Shown one piece after another: positions 35,649 to 44,571 of a DNA stretch of 64,000 nucleotides. A model generated the notes under the pieces. It ran no database searches and had not been told where the DNA came from. It was given only the letters and a program-made list of their open reading frames with translations. The position numbers and the translations under genes were made by a program. Each line of letters opens with the position of its first letter. Position 1 is the stretch's first letter. Origin of the DNA: a virus (Duplodnaviria > Caudoviricetes); the IMG/VR virus record IMGVR_UViG_3300022591_000002, one strand, 5' to 3'.

Positions 35649-35938
35649 TGATTGATACGTTGTTTGAACCAACATTAAGGTGGATTAAAGATGACTGGAG
35701 TTCTAATAAGTTTAGGTTCCTTATTGAGCTCCTTGCTTGGGCTATATCTATTGGCTGTTCTATTACGATGGCAGTCACAGTCCCTAATCCTCCTCTTCTC
35801 ATACTATATCCTATCTGGATTAGTGGCTGTGCTATGTATGCATGGGCTAGCTGGACTCGTAAGAGCTTTGGCATGTTGGCTAATTACATCCTGCTAGTCA
35901 GTATCGATACAGTCGGTTTGATTAGAATGATTGCTTAA
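35648..35938 (+). CDS. multi-TM membrane protein
   Basis: About three hydrophobic segments; TAATG coupling. Confidence 0.65.
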   Translation: MIDTLFEPTLRWIKDDWSSNKFRFLIELLAWAISIGCSITMAVTVPNPPLLILYPIWISGCAMYAWASWTRKSFGMLANYILLVSIDTVGLIRMIA

Positions 35939-36010
35939 ATAATATTGAGAAAGGTTCAGCGAGCCATAAATCGCTATTTAGAAGGTTAACCGGCCATAAG
36001 CGGTAGGAGA
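35936..36010 (+). promoter_or_regulatory. PolB leader: TAAATA followed by two hairpins with GCCATAA(A/G) loops abutting the RBS
   Basis: AGCGA-GCCATAAA-TCGCT (35958-35975) and ACCG-GCCATAAG-CGGT (35989-36004), each preceded by AAGGTT; AGGAGA at 36005. Confidence 0.6.
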
Positions 36011-36014
36011 AAAT

Positions 36015-38687
36015 ATGAGTTACGTAGATGCCATCTGGGATCGCGACAAAGACGTTGTACGTGTCGTTGAGCGAGATCCAAAAAAGGGCCGAATCTTTAT
36101 TGATTACCCAGCCCGATATCAATTTTACTATCCCGATCAAAAGGGCAAGTACACATCAATACATGGTGAGTCATTAAGCAAAGTCACAGCTAAGACTTTC
36201 AAAGACTTTATCAAAGAACAAAAAATTCACAGTACCCACAAGTTATACGAATCAGATATTAATGCTGTATTCCGTGTGCTTGAAGAAAAGTATCTAGGTA
36301 CTGAACCTCCCAAATTACACACAGCCTTTTGGGATATTGAGGTGGACTTTGATCCAGAACGCGGCTATGCATCTCCAGAAGATGCGTTCATGCCAATTAC
36401 TGCGATTGCTGTTCACCTACAATGGTTAGATACACTAATCTGTCTTGCAGTTCCTCCTAAGACACTTACAATGGAGCAGGCAAGAGAACAAGTTAAGGAA
36501 TTTCCTAATACACACTTGTTCGAAACAGAAGCAGAAATGCTTGACACTTTCTTACAGCTAATCGAAGATGCAGATATCTTAAGTGGTTGGAACAGTGAAG
36601 GCTTCGATATGCCGTATACTGTTAATCGTATTATTAAAGTTCTAAGCAAAGAAGATACACGCAGGCTGTGTTTATGGGATCATTTCCCAAAGAAGAGAGA
36701 ATATGAAAAATACGGAAAAACTGCGATCACTTATGATCTCGTGGGCCGAGTACACCTTGACTCATTGGAACTTTATAGAAAGTATACATATGAAGAACGC
36801 CACACCTACAGACTTGATGCTATTGGAGAAATGGAAGTCGGAGAGAGCAAAACAGTTTACGAAGGAACTCTCGATCAGTTATACAACAACGACTTCAGAA
36901 AGTTTATCGAATACAACAGACAAGACTGTGCGCTACTAGACAAATTAGATAAAAAACTAAAATTCTTAGATCTAGCCAACACACTGGCGCATGAAAATAC
37001 TGTATTGCTACAGACTACAATGGGTGCCGTTGCTGTTACAGAACAGGCTATTATTAATGAAGCACACCATAGAGGTATGATTGTTCCAAGTCGTCCTAAA
37101 CGTGATGACACAGAAAATAACCAAGCCGCAGGTGCTTATGTTGCTTATCCAAAGAAAGGTCTTCATGACTGGATTGGATCAATGGACATTAACTCACTGT
37201 ATCCATCTGTGATTCGTGCATTAAACATGGGCCCAGAAACTATTGTAGGACAACTGCGCCCTACAAAGACTGATGAATTCATTGAAGAACAAATGACCTT
37301 ACAGAAAAAGTCCTTTGCCGCGGCATGGGAAGATAAGTTTGGCACATTTGAATACGAAGCTGTTATGGATAAGGATCGAGCATTTGAAATTACTGTTGAC
37401 TGGGAAAACGGTGGCAGTGATGTAATGAGTGCCGCAGAAGTCTACAGATTGATCTTTGAAAGCAATCAACCGTGGATGCTAAGTGCTAACGGCACAATCT
37501 TTACACATGAGCAGGACGGTGTTATTCCAGGTTTGTTAAAACGCTGGTATGCTGAACGTAAAGATATGCAGAAAAAATTAAAGGAGGCAATCGATGCTGG
37601 TAACAAAATTGAGGAAGAGTATTGGGATAAGCGACAGCTTGTTAAGAAAATTAACCTTAACAGTCTATACGGTGCTATTCTTAATGCTGGTTGCAGGTTC
37701 TTTGATAAGCGTATTGGCCAATCCACAACTCTTACAGGAAGACAAATTGCTCGCCATATGGCCGCAAAAGTAAATGAAGTGATTACTGGAGAGTATGACT
37801 ATAAAGGCAAGAGCGTAATCTACGGTGACACAGACTCTGTGTACTTTAGTGCGTACTCTAGTCTTAAAAACGAAATTGCCAAAGGACAGATTCCTTGGGA
37901 TAGAGATACTGTTGTTCAACTGTATGATACTATTGCTACTAACGTGAATAGTACATTCCCAGAATTTATGCTGGAAGGGTTCCATTGTCCAAAGAGCCGC
38001 GGTGAGGTTATCAAGGCAGGACGTGAAATTGTTGCCGTCAAAGGCTTGTTCATTACTAAGAAACGTTATGCTGTACTGTATTACGATAAAGACGGCAAGA
38101 GACAAGACGTTGATGGTAAGCCAGGTAAGATCAAAGCTATGGGCTTGGACTTGAAGCGTTCAGATACTCCAGAATTTATGCAGAAGTTCCTAGAAGAAAT
38201 TTTAACTAACGTGCTTAATGGTGCTCAGGAAAAAGAAACTCTAGAACGCATTAGTGAATTCCGAACTGAGTTTAAGGCAAGACCTGGTTGGGAGAAAGGC
38301 AGTCCAAAACGTGCTAACAACATCACAGACTATCAAGAACGTGAAAAGAAAACTGGAAAGATTACTATTCCAGGCCATGTACGTGCTAGTATGAATTGGA
38401 ATACTCTAAAGACCATGCACGGTGACAAATACAGTCAACAGATTGTCGACGGCATGAAAGTAATTGTTTGTAAAATTAAAGACAATCCATTAGGATATAC
38501 TAGCGTTGCATATCCGGTTGATGAATTGCGTTTGCCAAAATGGTTCCAAGATTTACCATTTGACCACTCTGAGATGGAAACAACAATTATTAACAACAAG
38601 TTGGACAATCTTATTGGTGTTTTGGAATGGGATTTAGAATCAACAGTACAAAATAATACATTTGGCAAATTGTTCTCATTTGATTGA
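36015..38687 (+). CDS. family B DNA polymerase (gp43-like) with 3'-5' exonuclease
   Basis: DIEVD (ExoI), GWNSEGFD (ExoII), YNRQD (ExoIII), DINSLYPS, KINLNSLYG, YGDTDS, KKRY. Confidence 0.97.
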   Translation: MSYVDAIWDRDKDVVRVVERDPKKGRIFIDYPARYQFYYPDQKGKYTSIHGESLSKVTAKTFKDFIKEQKIHSTHKLYESDINAVFRVLEEKYLGTEPPKLHTAFWDIEVDFDPERGYASPEDAFMPITAIAVHLQWLDTLICLAVPPKTLTMEQAREQVKEFPNTHLFETEAEMLDTFLQLIEDADILSGWNSEGFDMPYTVNRIIKVLSKEDTRRLCLWDHFPKKREYEKYGKTAITYDLVGRVHLDSLELYRKYTYEERHTYRLDAIGEMEVGESKTVYEGTLDQLYNNDFRKFIEYNRQDCALLDKLDKKLKFLDLANTLAHENTVLLQTTMGAVAVTEQAIINEAHHRGMIVPSRPKRDDTENNQAAGAYVAYPKKGLHDWIGSMDINSLYPSVIRALNMGPETIVGQLRPTKTDEFIEEQMTLQKKSFAAAWEDKFGTFEYEAVMDKDRAFEITVDWENGGSDVMSAAEVYRLIFESNQPWMLSANGTIFTHEQDGVIPGLLKRWYAERKDMQKKLKEAIDAGNKIEEEYWDKRQLVKKINLNSLYGAILNAGCRFFDKRIGQSTTLTGRQIARHMAAKVNEVITGEYDYKGKSVIYGDTDSVYFSAYSSLKNEIAKGQIPWDRDTVVQLYDTIATNVNSTFPEFMLEGFHCPKSRGEVIKAGREIVAVKGLFITKKRYAVLYYDKDGKRQDVDGKPGKIKAMGLDLKRSDTPEFMQKFLEEILTNVLNGAQEKETLERISEFRTEFKARPGWEKGSPKRANNITDYQEREKKTGKITIPGHVRASMNWNTLKTMHGDKYSQQIVDGMKVIVCKIKDNPLGYTSVAYPVDELRLPKWFQDLPFDHSEMETTIINNKLDNLIGVLEWDLESTVQNNTFGKLFSFD

Positions 38688-38716
38688 TTGACAAATACCA
38701 AAAACCTAAATATAAT
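38688..38716 (+). promoter_or_regulatory. sigma70-type promoter for the clamp-dpdA operon
   Basis: TTGACA-17nt-TATAAT perfect consensus. Confidence 0.85.
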
Positions 38717-38735
38717 ATAGAAAAGGAATATTAAT

Positions 38736-39470
38736 ATGAAAGCAATATTACAAGACATCGTATCTCATACACACAATCTAGGTTTCCTAGAGATTGTTAA
38801 AGTTACTGGTGACGACAAAACAACTAAGATCGATTCCATGGCAGACGATCGTACAGTTATTATGACTGCAGAAACTGCAAATCCATACGCAGATATCCAA
38901 GGCGTATTTGGTATGCCACAACTTAACAAGTTGAAGATTCATTTAGACTGTCCGGAATATCGCGAAGATGCCAAGATTGATGTTGTTAAGGCACAGCGTA
39001 ACGGTGTTGACATTCCAGTAGGTTTACACTTTGAAAACAAAGCAGGCGACTTCCAGAATGATTATCGCTTTATGAACATGGAAGTTATTAACACAAAATT
39101 AAACGTGCCTAAGTTTAAAGGTGTTAACTGGAACGTAGATGTTGTTCCAACTGTTGCAGGTGTACAGCGTTTTAACTTTCAAGCTACTGCTAACAATGAA
39201 CACACAACATTCACTGTTAAAACAGATGGCAATAAATTAGTATTCTCATTTGGCGATGCATCAACACACGCAGGTGAGTTTGTGTTTGCCGAAGGCATTA
39301 CAGGTAAGCTGAAGAACCAAATGAGCTGGCCAGTTGCACAAGTACAAAGCATCTTGAAGATCGCCGATGTAAACAATACAACAATGAGCTTCAGTGATGA
39401 AGGTGCGTTACAAATTACTTTAGACAGCGGTTTGGCAACTTACAAATACATTTTACCAGCACAAGCATGA
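38736..39470 (+). CDS. DNA polymerase sliding clamp (gp45/PCNA-like)
   Basis: 244 aa directly after PolB; two-repeat size and C-terminal EGALQITLDSGLATYKYILP; clamp loader present in the window. Confidence 0.7.
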   Translation: MKAILQDIVSHTHNLGFLEIVKVTGDDKTTKIDSMADDRTVIMTAETANPYADIQGVFGMPQLNKLKIHLDCPEYREDAKIDVVKAQRNGVDIPVGLHFENKAGDFQNDYRFMNMEVINTKLNVPKFKGVNWNVDVVPTVAGVQRFNFQATANNEHTTFTVKTDGNKLVFSFGDASTHAGEFVFAEGITGKLKNQMSWPVAQVQSILKIADVNNTTMSFSDEGALQITLDSGLATYKYILPAQA

Positions 39471-39877
39471 TAAAAGGTTTAATGGGCTCAACAGGAGTTA
39501 TAGTCGACGGCGGTAATACATCATTGCCGTGGACTAACTCAAATGACAGTGACAGCTATCAAGGCATGTTGCGCCTTAGAGGTAGTGACATACAGTACTA
39601 TAACGCAGGAGTTTGGCAGACATTGCCTACTAGTTATGCTACTGTAAGACTTGACGGATCGGTAGAAACTCTGTTACAATGGGTAAGACAGAAGCAACAA
39701 GAAGAAACTGAATTTAAAACAATTCTTGGAAATCACGAACACCCTGCTGTACAGATTGCACAAGAAAACCTAAATAAAGCTATTGCCGCAGTAAAACAAG
39801 CAGAATTACAATTAAAAATAACCAGCAAACTTGCCGAAGATACTTATGTAGGCACAGAGGAAATGCAAGCACCATGA
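39467..39877 (+). CDS. hypothetical protein with C-terminal coiled coil
   Basis: 136-aa ORF, ATGA-coupled on both sides. Confidence 0.6.
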   Translation: MIKGLMGSTGVIVDGGNTSLPWTNSNDSDSYQGMLRLRGSDIQYYNAGVWQTLPTSYATVRLDGSVETLLQWVRQKQQEETEFKTILGNHEHPAVQIAQENLNKAIAAVKQAELQLKITSKLAEDTYVGTEEMQAP

Positions 39878-41394
39878 GCAAACAACCAGTTAATTTAACA
39901 CCATTACAGAAGGACTATGCTGTCTATTTGCCAGCTATTAGTACTTTCTTTTCAACTTACATAAGCAAACAACGTTTTGACAAGTTTGTTCCTGATGATC
40001 GTATTCCTGCGGGATTTGATCGTGGGATTGAAGGTATGAACTTTCTTAATCCGGAAGAAGGGTACTTTACTTACAAGTATGGTTTGTATTCAGCAGGTCA
40101 CGCACAGTTGGATTTGCAAAAGACCATGATTCAAGATGCTATGTTGCAAGATCGTGATCGTGCAAACACAATGATCCTAGGAGACTCCGGTGGTTACCAG
40201 ATTGGTAAGGGTGTTCTTAAATTTGACTGGGCAGACTTTGAAGGCGCAAAAGCCAACAAGACTCGTGATGACATTCTCAATTGGTTAGAACTAACTGCCG
40301 ATTGGTCAATGTTACTAGACGTTCCTACTTGGGCATGTGACCATATTCATAGTCCAAAGACAGGTCTTAAATCATTCCAAGACTGTTTAGATAAAACACT
40401 ACACAACAATGATTACTTTTTGCGTAATCGCTTAGGTCAAACTAAGTTCTTGAACGTGTTACAAGGCAGTGACTGGGAAACCGCAGAAGCTTGGTATAAC
40501 GCAGTAAAGCATTTGCCTACAGAAGGTTGGGCAATGGGTGGTAAGAACATGTGCGATATGGAAGTTGCACTCAAACGTCTTATCATCTTACGTGATGAGA
40601 AATTGTTAGATGATCGTAACTGGATGCACTTCTTGGGTACTGCCCAATTAGACTGGTCATGCTACTTAACTAGTATTCAACGTGAAATCCGTTCAACTGT
40701 AAATGAGAACTTTACAATTAGCTTTGACTGTGCAAGTCCTTTTATTGCAACAGCACACGGTCTAGTTTACACAAACGCACAACACACTAACAAGCGTTGG
40801 TCAGTTATTATGGACAAGGCGCCAGATAACAAGGCACTTGCATCTACAGATATTCCTTTCCCATTCGAAAGCGAAATTGGTAACCGTTTGACAATGAAAG
40901 ATATTTGTCATTACAAGCCAGGTATGTTAAACAAGATCGGTAAGGAAGGCAAAACAAGTTGGGATAGCTTTGGTTATGCTCTAATGATGGCACATAATAC
41001 ATATTGTCATATTCGTGCTGTACAACGTGCTAACGTTCTTGCTGATATTGAAAGCCATAAGATACAGCCAGACTATCGTTACTGGAAACGTGTTAAAGAA
41101 CGTGATATGAGTGATGAATACTCAGATTGGGTTCCACGCAACATTCTGTATTTCAATGCGTTTGTTAAGGATTTGTTTAAATCTCAAAACCCAATGCAGA
41201 TGATTGAAGATGCAAAACCAATGCTTAACAGCATGATGGGTATGCGACTACGTGGTGGTACTGCTTCTAATACATTTAAGAATTTGTTTGAAGAAGAAAC
41301 TGCTACTAACATATTGGGCGTCGAAGATCTTAATGATCCAGATGATGAAAAATTGTTAGAACTCGAACATGAGTTCAACGAACAGAAAGGTTAA
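39874..41394 (+). CDS. dpdA: TGT-fold guanine transglycosylase, DpdA-type (probably DpdA2-like)
   Basis: ILGDSGGYQ (TGT catalytic Asp motif), LDVP, VLQG, GWAMGG, MHFLG, SFDCASP (nucleophile Asp), AHN; folE, queE and queD in the same window. Confidence 0.8.
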   Translation: MSKQPVNLTPLQKDYAVYLPAISTFFSTYISKQRFDKFVPDDRIPAGFDRGIEGMNFLNPEEGYFTYKYGLYSAGHAQLDLQKTMIQDAMLQDRDRANTMILGDSGGYQIGKGVLKFDWADFEGAKANKTRDDILNWLELTADWSMLLDVPTWACDHIHSPKTGLKSFQDCLDKTLHNNDYFLRNRLGQTKFLNVLQGSDWETAEAWYNAVKHLPTEGWAMGGKNMCDMEVALKRLIILRDEKLLDDRNWMHFLGTAQLDWSCYLTSIQREIRSTVNENFTISFDCASPFIATAHGLVYTNAQHTNKRWSVIMDKAPDNKALASTDIPFPFESEIGNRLTMKDICHYKPGMLNKIGKEGKTSWDSFGYALMMAHNTYCHIRAVQRANVLADIESHKIQPDYRYWKRVKERDMSDEYSDWVPRNILYFNAFVKDLFKSQNPMQMIEDAKPMLNSMMGMRLRGGTASNTFKNLFEEETATNILGVEDLNDPDDEKLLELEHEFNEQKG

Positions 41395-41396
41395 GA

Positions 41397-41924
41397 ATGA
41401 AACGTGAATATACTGACGGTATTTCAGAAGACGTCTTGTTCTTTATTGGAACAGAAATTGAACGCACACCTGCATTTAATATGAAAACATTATTTGTAGT
41501 TGGCGTCCAAAATGAGCAGACTATTGTTAACCTAGCCGCAGATAACGGATGCACACATATCTATTTTGGTGCCAATCAAAGTTTTCCAAAACTAGAAACT
41601 AATGATGCAAGCAACTGGCGTCTATGGGAAGATATGATTCAGTATTGCCTAGATGCAGGTTTTTGGTGTACACTAGACTTTGATGTTGCGCAAACTGAAG
41701 GTTTATTAGAAAGCGGTCTGGTTGAGTATAGAAAATTTATTCCGCAGATTTCGGTGAAATTGCCCTATTTACAACAGCTAGGATATAATGCTACAATTAA
41801 GATAGACGATATCGGCTTTGAAGCAACAAATCCAGGTGTCTGGTGTGTACCAATTGGCGCTGTTACACAACGTAAGTATTTTACCAATTGGGATGAATAC
41901 AGTAACGATGAGATTATTAAATGA
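41397..41924 (+). CDS. hypothetical protein inside the dpdA cluster
   Basis: 175 aa; GTEIERTPA..KTLFVVG, HIYFGANQSF motifs; tightly coupled to dpdA and to the QueD paralog. Confidence 0.65.
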   Translation: MKREYTDGISEDVLFFIGTEIERTPAFNMKTLFVVGVQNEQTIVNLAADNGCTHIYFGANQSFPKLETNDASNWRLWEDMIQYCLDAGFWCTLDFDVAQTEGLLESGLVEYRKFIPQISVKLPYLQQLGYNATIKIDDIGFEATNPGVWCVPIGAVTQRKYFTNWDEYSNDEIIK

Positions 41925-42364
41925 GTATTGAAACTATTAAAGAAGCCGCACAACGGCAAATTTGGGTTACCTTTCAAAAGGAAGGCATTCACTGCTATCC
42001 TGCCGCGGCAACAGACCCAGCACTTGCTACAGGAGATGAATATGATGTATCGTTTTTGGGCACTCCTCATCGTCATATCTTTCACTTCCGGGTGTCAATC
42101 GATGTATTCCACAATGACAGGGACATCGAATTCATCCAATTCAAACGGTGGCTCGAGAGTCTCTATACCGGTAACAACACTAATAACGGTTCCGTTTTAG
42201 CACTTAACTACAAGTCTTGCGAAATGATTGCAGATGATTTGTACGACCAGATTGCGTCACGATACCCAAATCGTAACGTAGTAATTGATGTATCCGAGGA
42301 CGGCGAGAACGGATGCATCATTCATTATAACCTTACTCGCCCGTCACAATCCATTGTAATTTAA
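41921..42364 (+). CDS. QueD-like T-fold paralog (DpdL-like, predicted CDG decarboxylase)
   Basis: LGTPHRHIF = LxxxHRHxF replacing QueD CxxxHGH; DIEFIQFK, SCEM, VSEDGENG T-fold motifs. Confidence 0.65.
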   Translation: MSIETIKEAAQRQIWVTFQKEGIHCYPAAATDPALATGDEYDVSFLGTPHRHIFHFRVSIDVFHNDRDIEFIQFKRWLESLYTGNNTNNGSVLALNYKSCEMIADDLYDQIASRYPNRNVVIDVSEDGENGCIIHYNLTRPSQSIVI

Positions 42365-42376
42365 GGAACTTAAAAA

Positions 42377-42622
42377 ATGGCACAGCCAAAGTGGCTCGAC
42401 AAATATCTGACTATGAAGCCTGAAGTCAGCAAGATCTTTGATGATCTTGAGGCATGGCACGATCATTGCCGTTTTGAAATGATCAACTTCAACCCTGCAG
42501 ACTTATACAAGTCTAAGGCGTACCGCGACTGGCAGTACTACAAGTCGAAGGGCAAGCGTCCGTTTGTGCATCGCGATGACCGTGAGCGCAAGCCATATCA
42601 GGGTAAGAACCCTAGATACTAA
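42377..42622 (+). CDS. hypothetical protein
   Basis: 81-aa ORF with AAGGA RBS. Confidence 0.6.
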   Translation: MAQPKWLDKYLTMKPEVSKIFDDLEAWHDHCRFEMINFNPADLYKSKAYRDWQYYKSKGKRPFVHRDDRERKPYQGKNPRY

Positions 42623-42623
42623 T

Positions 42624-43730
42624 ATGACAGTATTCCTAGTTGATCTAGAAGCTGTTGAGACAAGGTACACGGGTCAGTGGAAGACTCATGTACCTGCTCT
42701 CTTACGTAAAGAAGGACACAATGTTCAAGTTATATCCGGACCTACTGATATACCTAGTGCTACTACTCCTGGCGCTTTTCTTAACTTTGGCGGGACTAAC
42801 ATCTACAAAGCTAGTCAAGTGGAGCAGATGGGTCGCCTATTTTGCTCCGGAGCAGTACATCCTGGGGATCATTTTTTGTTTACTGATGCTTGGCATCCTG
42901 GTATCATAAACTTAAAGTACATGAGTGAGTTGTTAGATATTCCTGTAACAACACACGGCTTATGGCACGCTGGTAGTTATGATCCTCAAGATTTCCTAGG
43001 TCGACTAGTTGGCAATAAACCTTGGGTTCGTAGAGCAGAAGCAAGTTTTTATCACGCATTTGATCACAACTACTTTGCTACAGACTTTCATATTAAACTA
43101 TTCTTTGATGAATTGTTAATGGGTGGTTTGAAATCTGAGAATCCTTGGTATGATGACGATATTGCAGAAGTGCTAGGTGGATTAAATCCTAAGATTGTAC
43201 GCACTGGTTGGCCAATGGAGTATATGGATAATACTTTAACTACGTATAAGAACATGGACAAGCGTGATCTTATCTTGTTCCCACATCGTATTGCTCCAGA
43301 AAAACAAGTTGAAATTTTTCGCGATTTAAAAGAACACTTGCCACAATATGAATTTATTGTGTGTCAAGATCAACAGTTAACAAAGAATGAATATCATAAT
43401 TTGTTAGGCGAAGCAAAGTTAGTATTCAGTGCTAACTTACAAGAAACATTAGGCATTAGTTGTTACGAAGGTGCAGTAGTAGATGCAATACCTATGGTGC
43501 CAGATCGTTTAAGTTATACAGAAATGTATTTTGATACATTTAAGTATCCTAGTGAATGGACTGAAAGTTTTGCTTCTTATGAAGCTCATCGTCCAGAACT
43601 GTGTGGTAAGATTATTCAGTATATGAACAACTATACACATATGGTTCCGCAGATTCGTAAGCAAGCAGAATCATTGACAGAGAATTTTTTTAGTGCAACA
43701 GAGTTGTTAAAGAGGTTTAAAAATGAGTAA
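42624..43730 (+). CDS. GT-B fold glycosyltransferase
   Basis: FPHRIAPEKQ and ETLGISCYEG (GT4-like ExFG/E motif), HAGSYD; start at ATG 42624. Confidence 0.72.
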   Translation: MTVFLVDLEAVETRYTGQWKTHVPALLRKEGHNVQVISGPTDIPSATTPGAFLNFGGTNIYKASQVEQMGRLFCSGAVHPGDHFLFTDAWHPGIINLKYMSELLDIPVTTHGLWHAGSYDPQDFLGRLVGNKPWVRRAEASFYHAFDHNYFATDFHIKLFFDELLMGGLKSENPWYDDDIAEVLGGLNPKIVRTGWPMEYMDNTLTTYKNMDKRDLILFPHRIAPEKQVEIFRDLKEHLPQYEFIVCQDQQLTKNEYHNLLGEAKLVFSANLQETLGISCYEGAVVDAIPMVPDRLSYTEMYFDTFKYPSEWTESFASYEAHRPELCGKIIQYMNNYTHMVPQIRKQAESLTENFFSATELLKRFKNE

Positions 43731-44520
43731 AGTAGGTATTATAGGTTTAGGATTTGTAGGTAACGCAATTAAGCAATCATTTTATGACGATACTAATCTA
43801 GTGCTAGTAGATAAAAATCCCGCACTCGGTCGCGATCCGTTTCAAGATTTAACAACCACTGATGGTGTGTTTATTTGTGTTCCAACTCCACAAGATGACG
43901 ATGGAACATGCCATACTGATATTTTAGAAGATATTCTTGCCAAGTTGAAATTAATCAACTACGAAGGAGTTATTATCAGTAAGTGTACTGCACCTCCCGA
44001 TACCTATACACGGCTTAATGAACAATTTCCAAACCTTGTACATGCTCCAGAATTTTTAACTGCGGCTAATGCTGTACGTGATTACACTAGTGGTAAGTTT
44101 GCTATTATCGGTGGTCGTGTTAAAGCCTATCGCGACTTAGCTGAAACAATTATTCGCAGATCACAATTAGATTTACAAGCAGTACACCATTGCACTATTG
44201 CAGAAGCAAGTTTAGCAAAATACGCTATCAATACCTTTATGGCAACCAAGGTTACATTTATGAATGAAATGTATGCTCTTGCCAAAGCTAGCAACTGTGA
44301 TTATAATAAGATTGCACATATGATTAAAAGTGATGTACGTATTGGAAATAGTCATTTACAAGTTCCTGGGCCAGATGGTGCATTTGGGTTCGGTGGAGCG
44401 TGTTTTCCAAAAGATACAAGCGCATTACTCAAATATGCAGAAAGCGTTGACGTACAAATGAATGTATTGGACGCCGCAGTTAAAAAGAATTTAGTACTAA
44501 GATTGACAGAACCTAAATAA
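43723..44520 (+). CDS. UDP-glucose/GDP-mannose dehydrogenase family, short form
   Basis: GIIGLGFVG, ICVPTP, SKCT, PEFL, KYAIN.F.A.KV.F.NE, GFGGACFPKD. Confidence 0.85.
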   Translation: MSKVGIIGLGFVGNAIKQSFYDDTNLVLVDKNPALGRDPFQDLTTTDGVFICVPTPQDDDGTCHTDILEDILAKLKLINYEGVIISKCTAPPDTYTRLNEQFPNLVHAPEFLTAANAVRDYTSGKFAIIGGRVKAYRDLAETIIRRSQLDLQAVHHCTIAEASLAKYAINTFMATKVTFMNEMYALAKASNCDYNKIAHMIKSDVRIGNSHLQVPGPDGAFGFGGACFPKDTSALLKYAESVDVQMNVLDAAVKKNLVLRLTEPK

Positions 44521-44531
44521 TATTGTAAAAT
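44503..44531 (+). promoter_or_regulatory. sigma70-type promoter for folE
   Basis: TTGACA-17nt-TAAAAT. Confidence 0.65.
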
Positions 44532-44571
44532 AACATATAAGTCATCCACGACTTAAACTCGGAGAAATTAA

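Noticed and set aside
36015-38687. Intein or intron in the DNA polymerase
   Set aside because: 890 aa with all motifs at normal spacing; no Cys/Ser...His-Asn splice junctions or inserted endonuclease.
39874-41394. Calling the TGT-fold gene a tRNA-guanine transglycosylase (tgt)
   Set aside because: It lacks the CxCxxC zinc motif of tRNA TGTs, is larger, and sits next to the DNA polymerase and clamp with queD/E and folE present, which fits a DNA-acting DpdA better.
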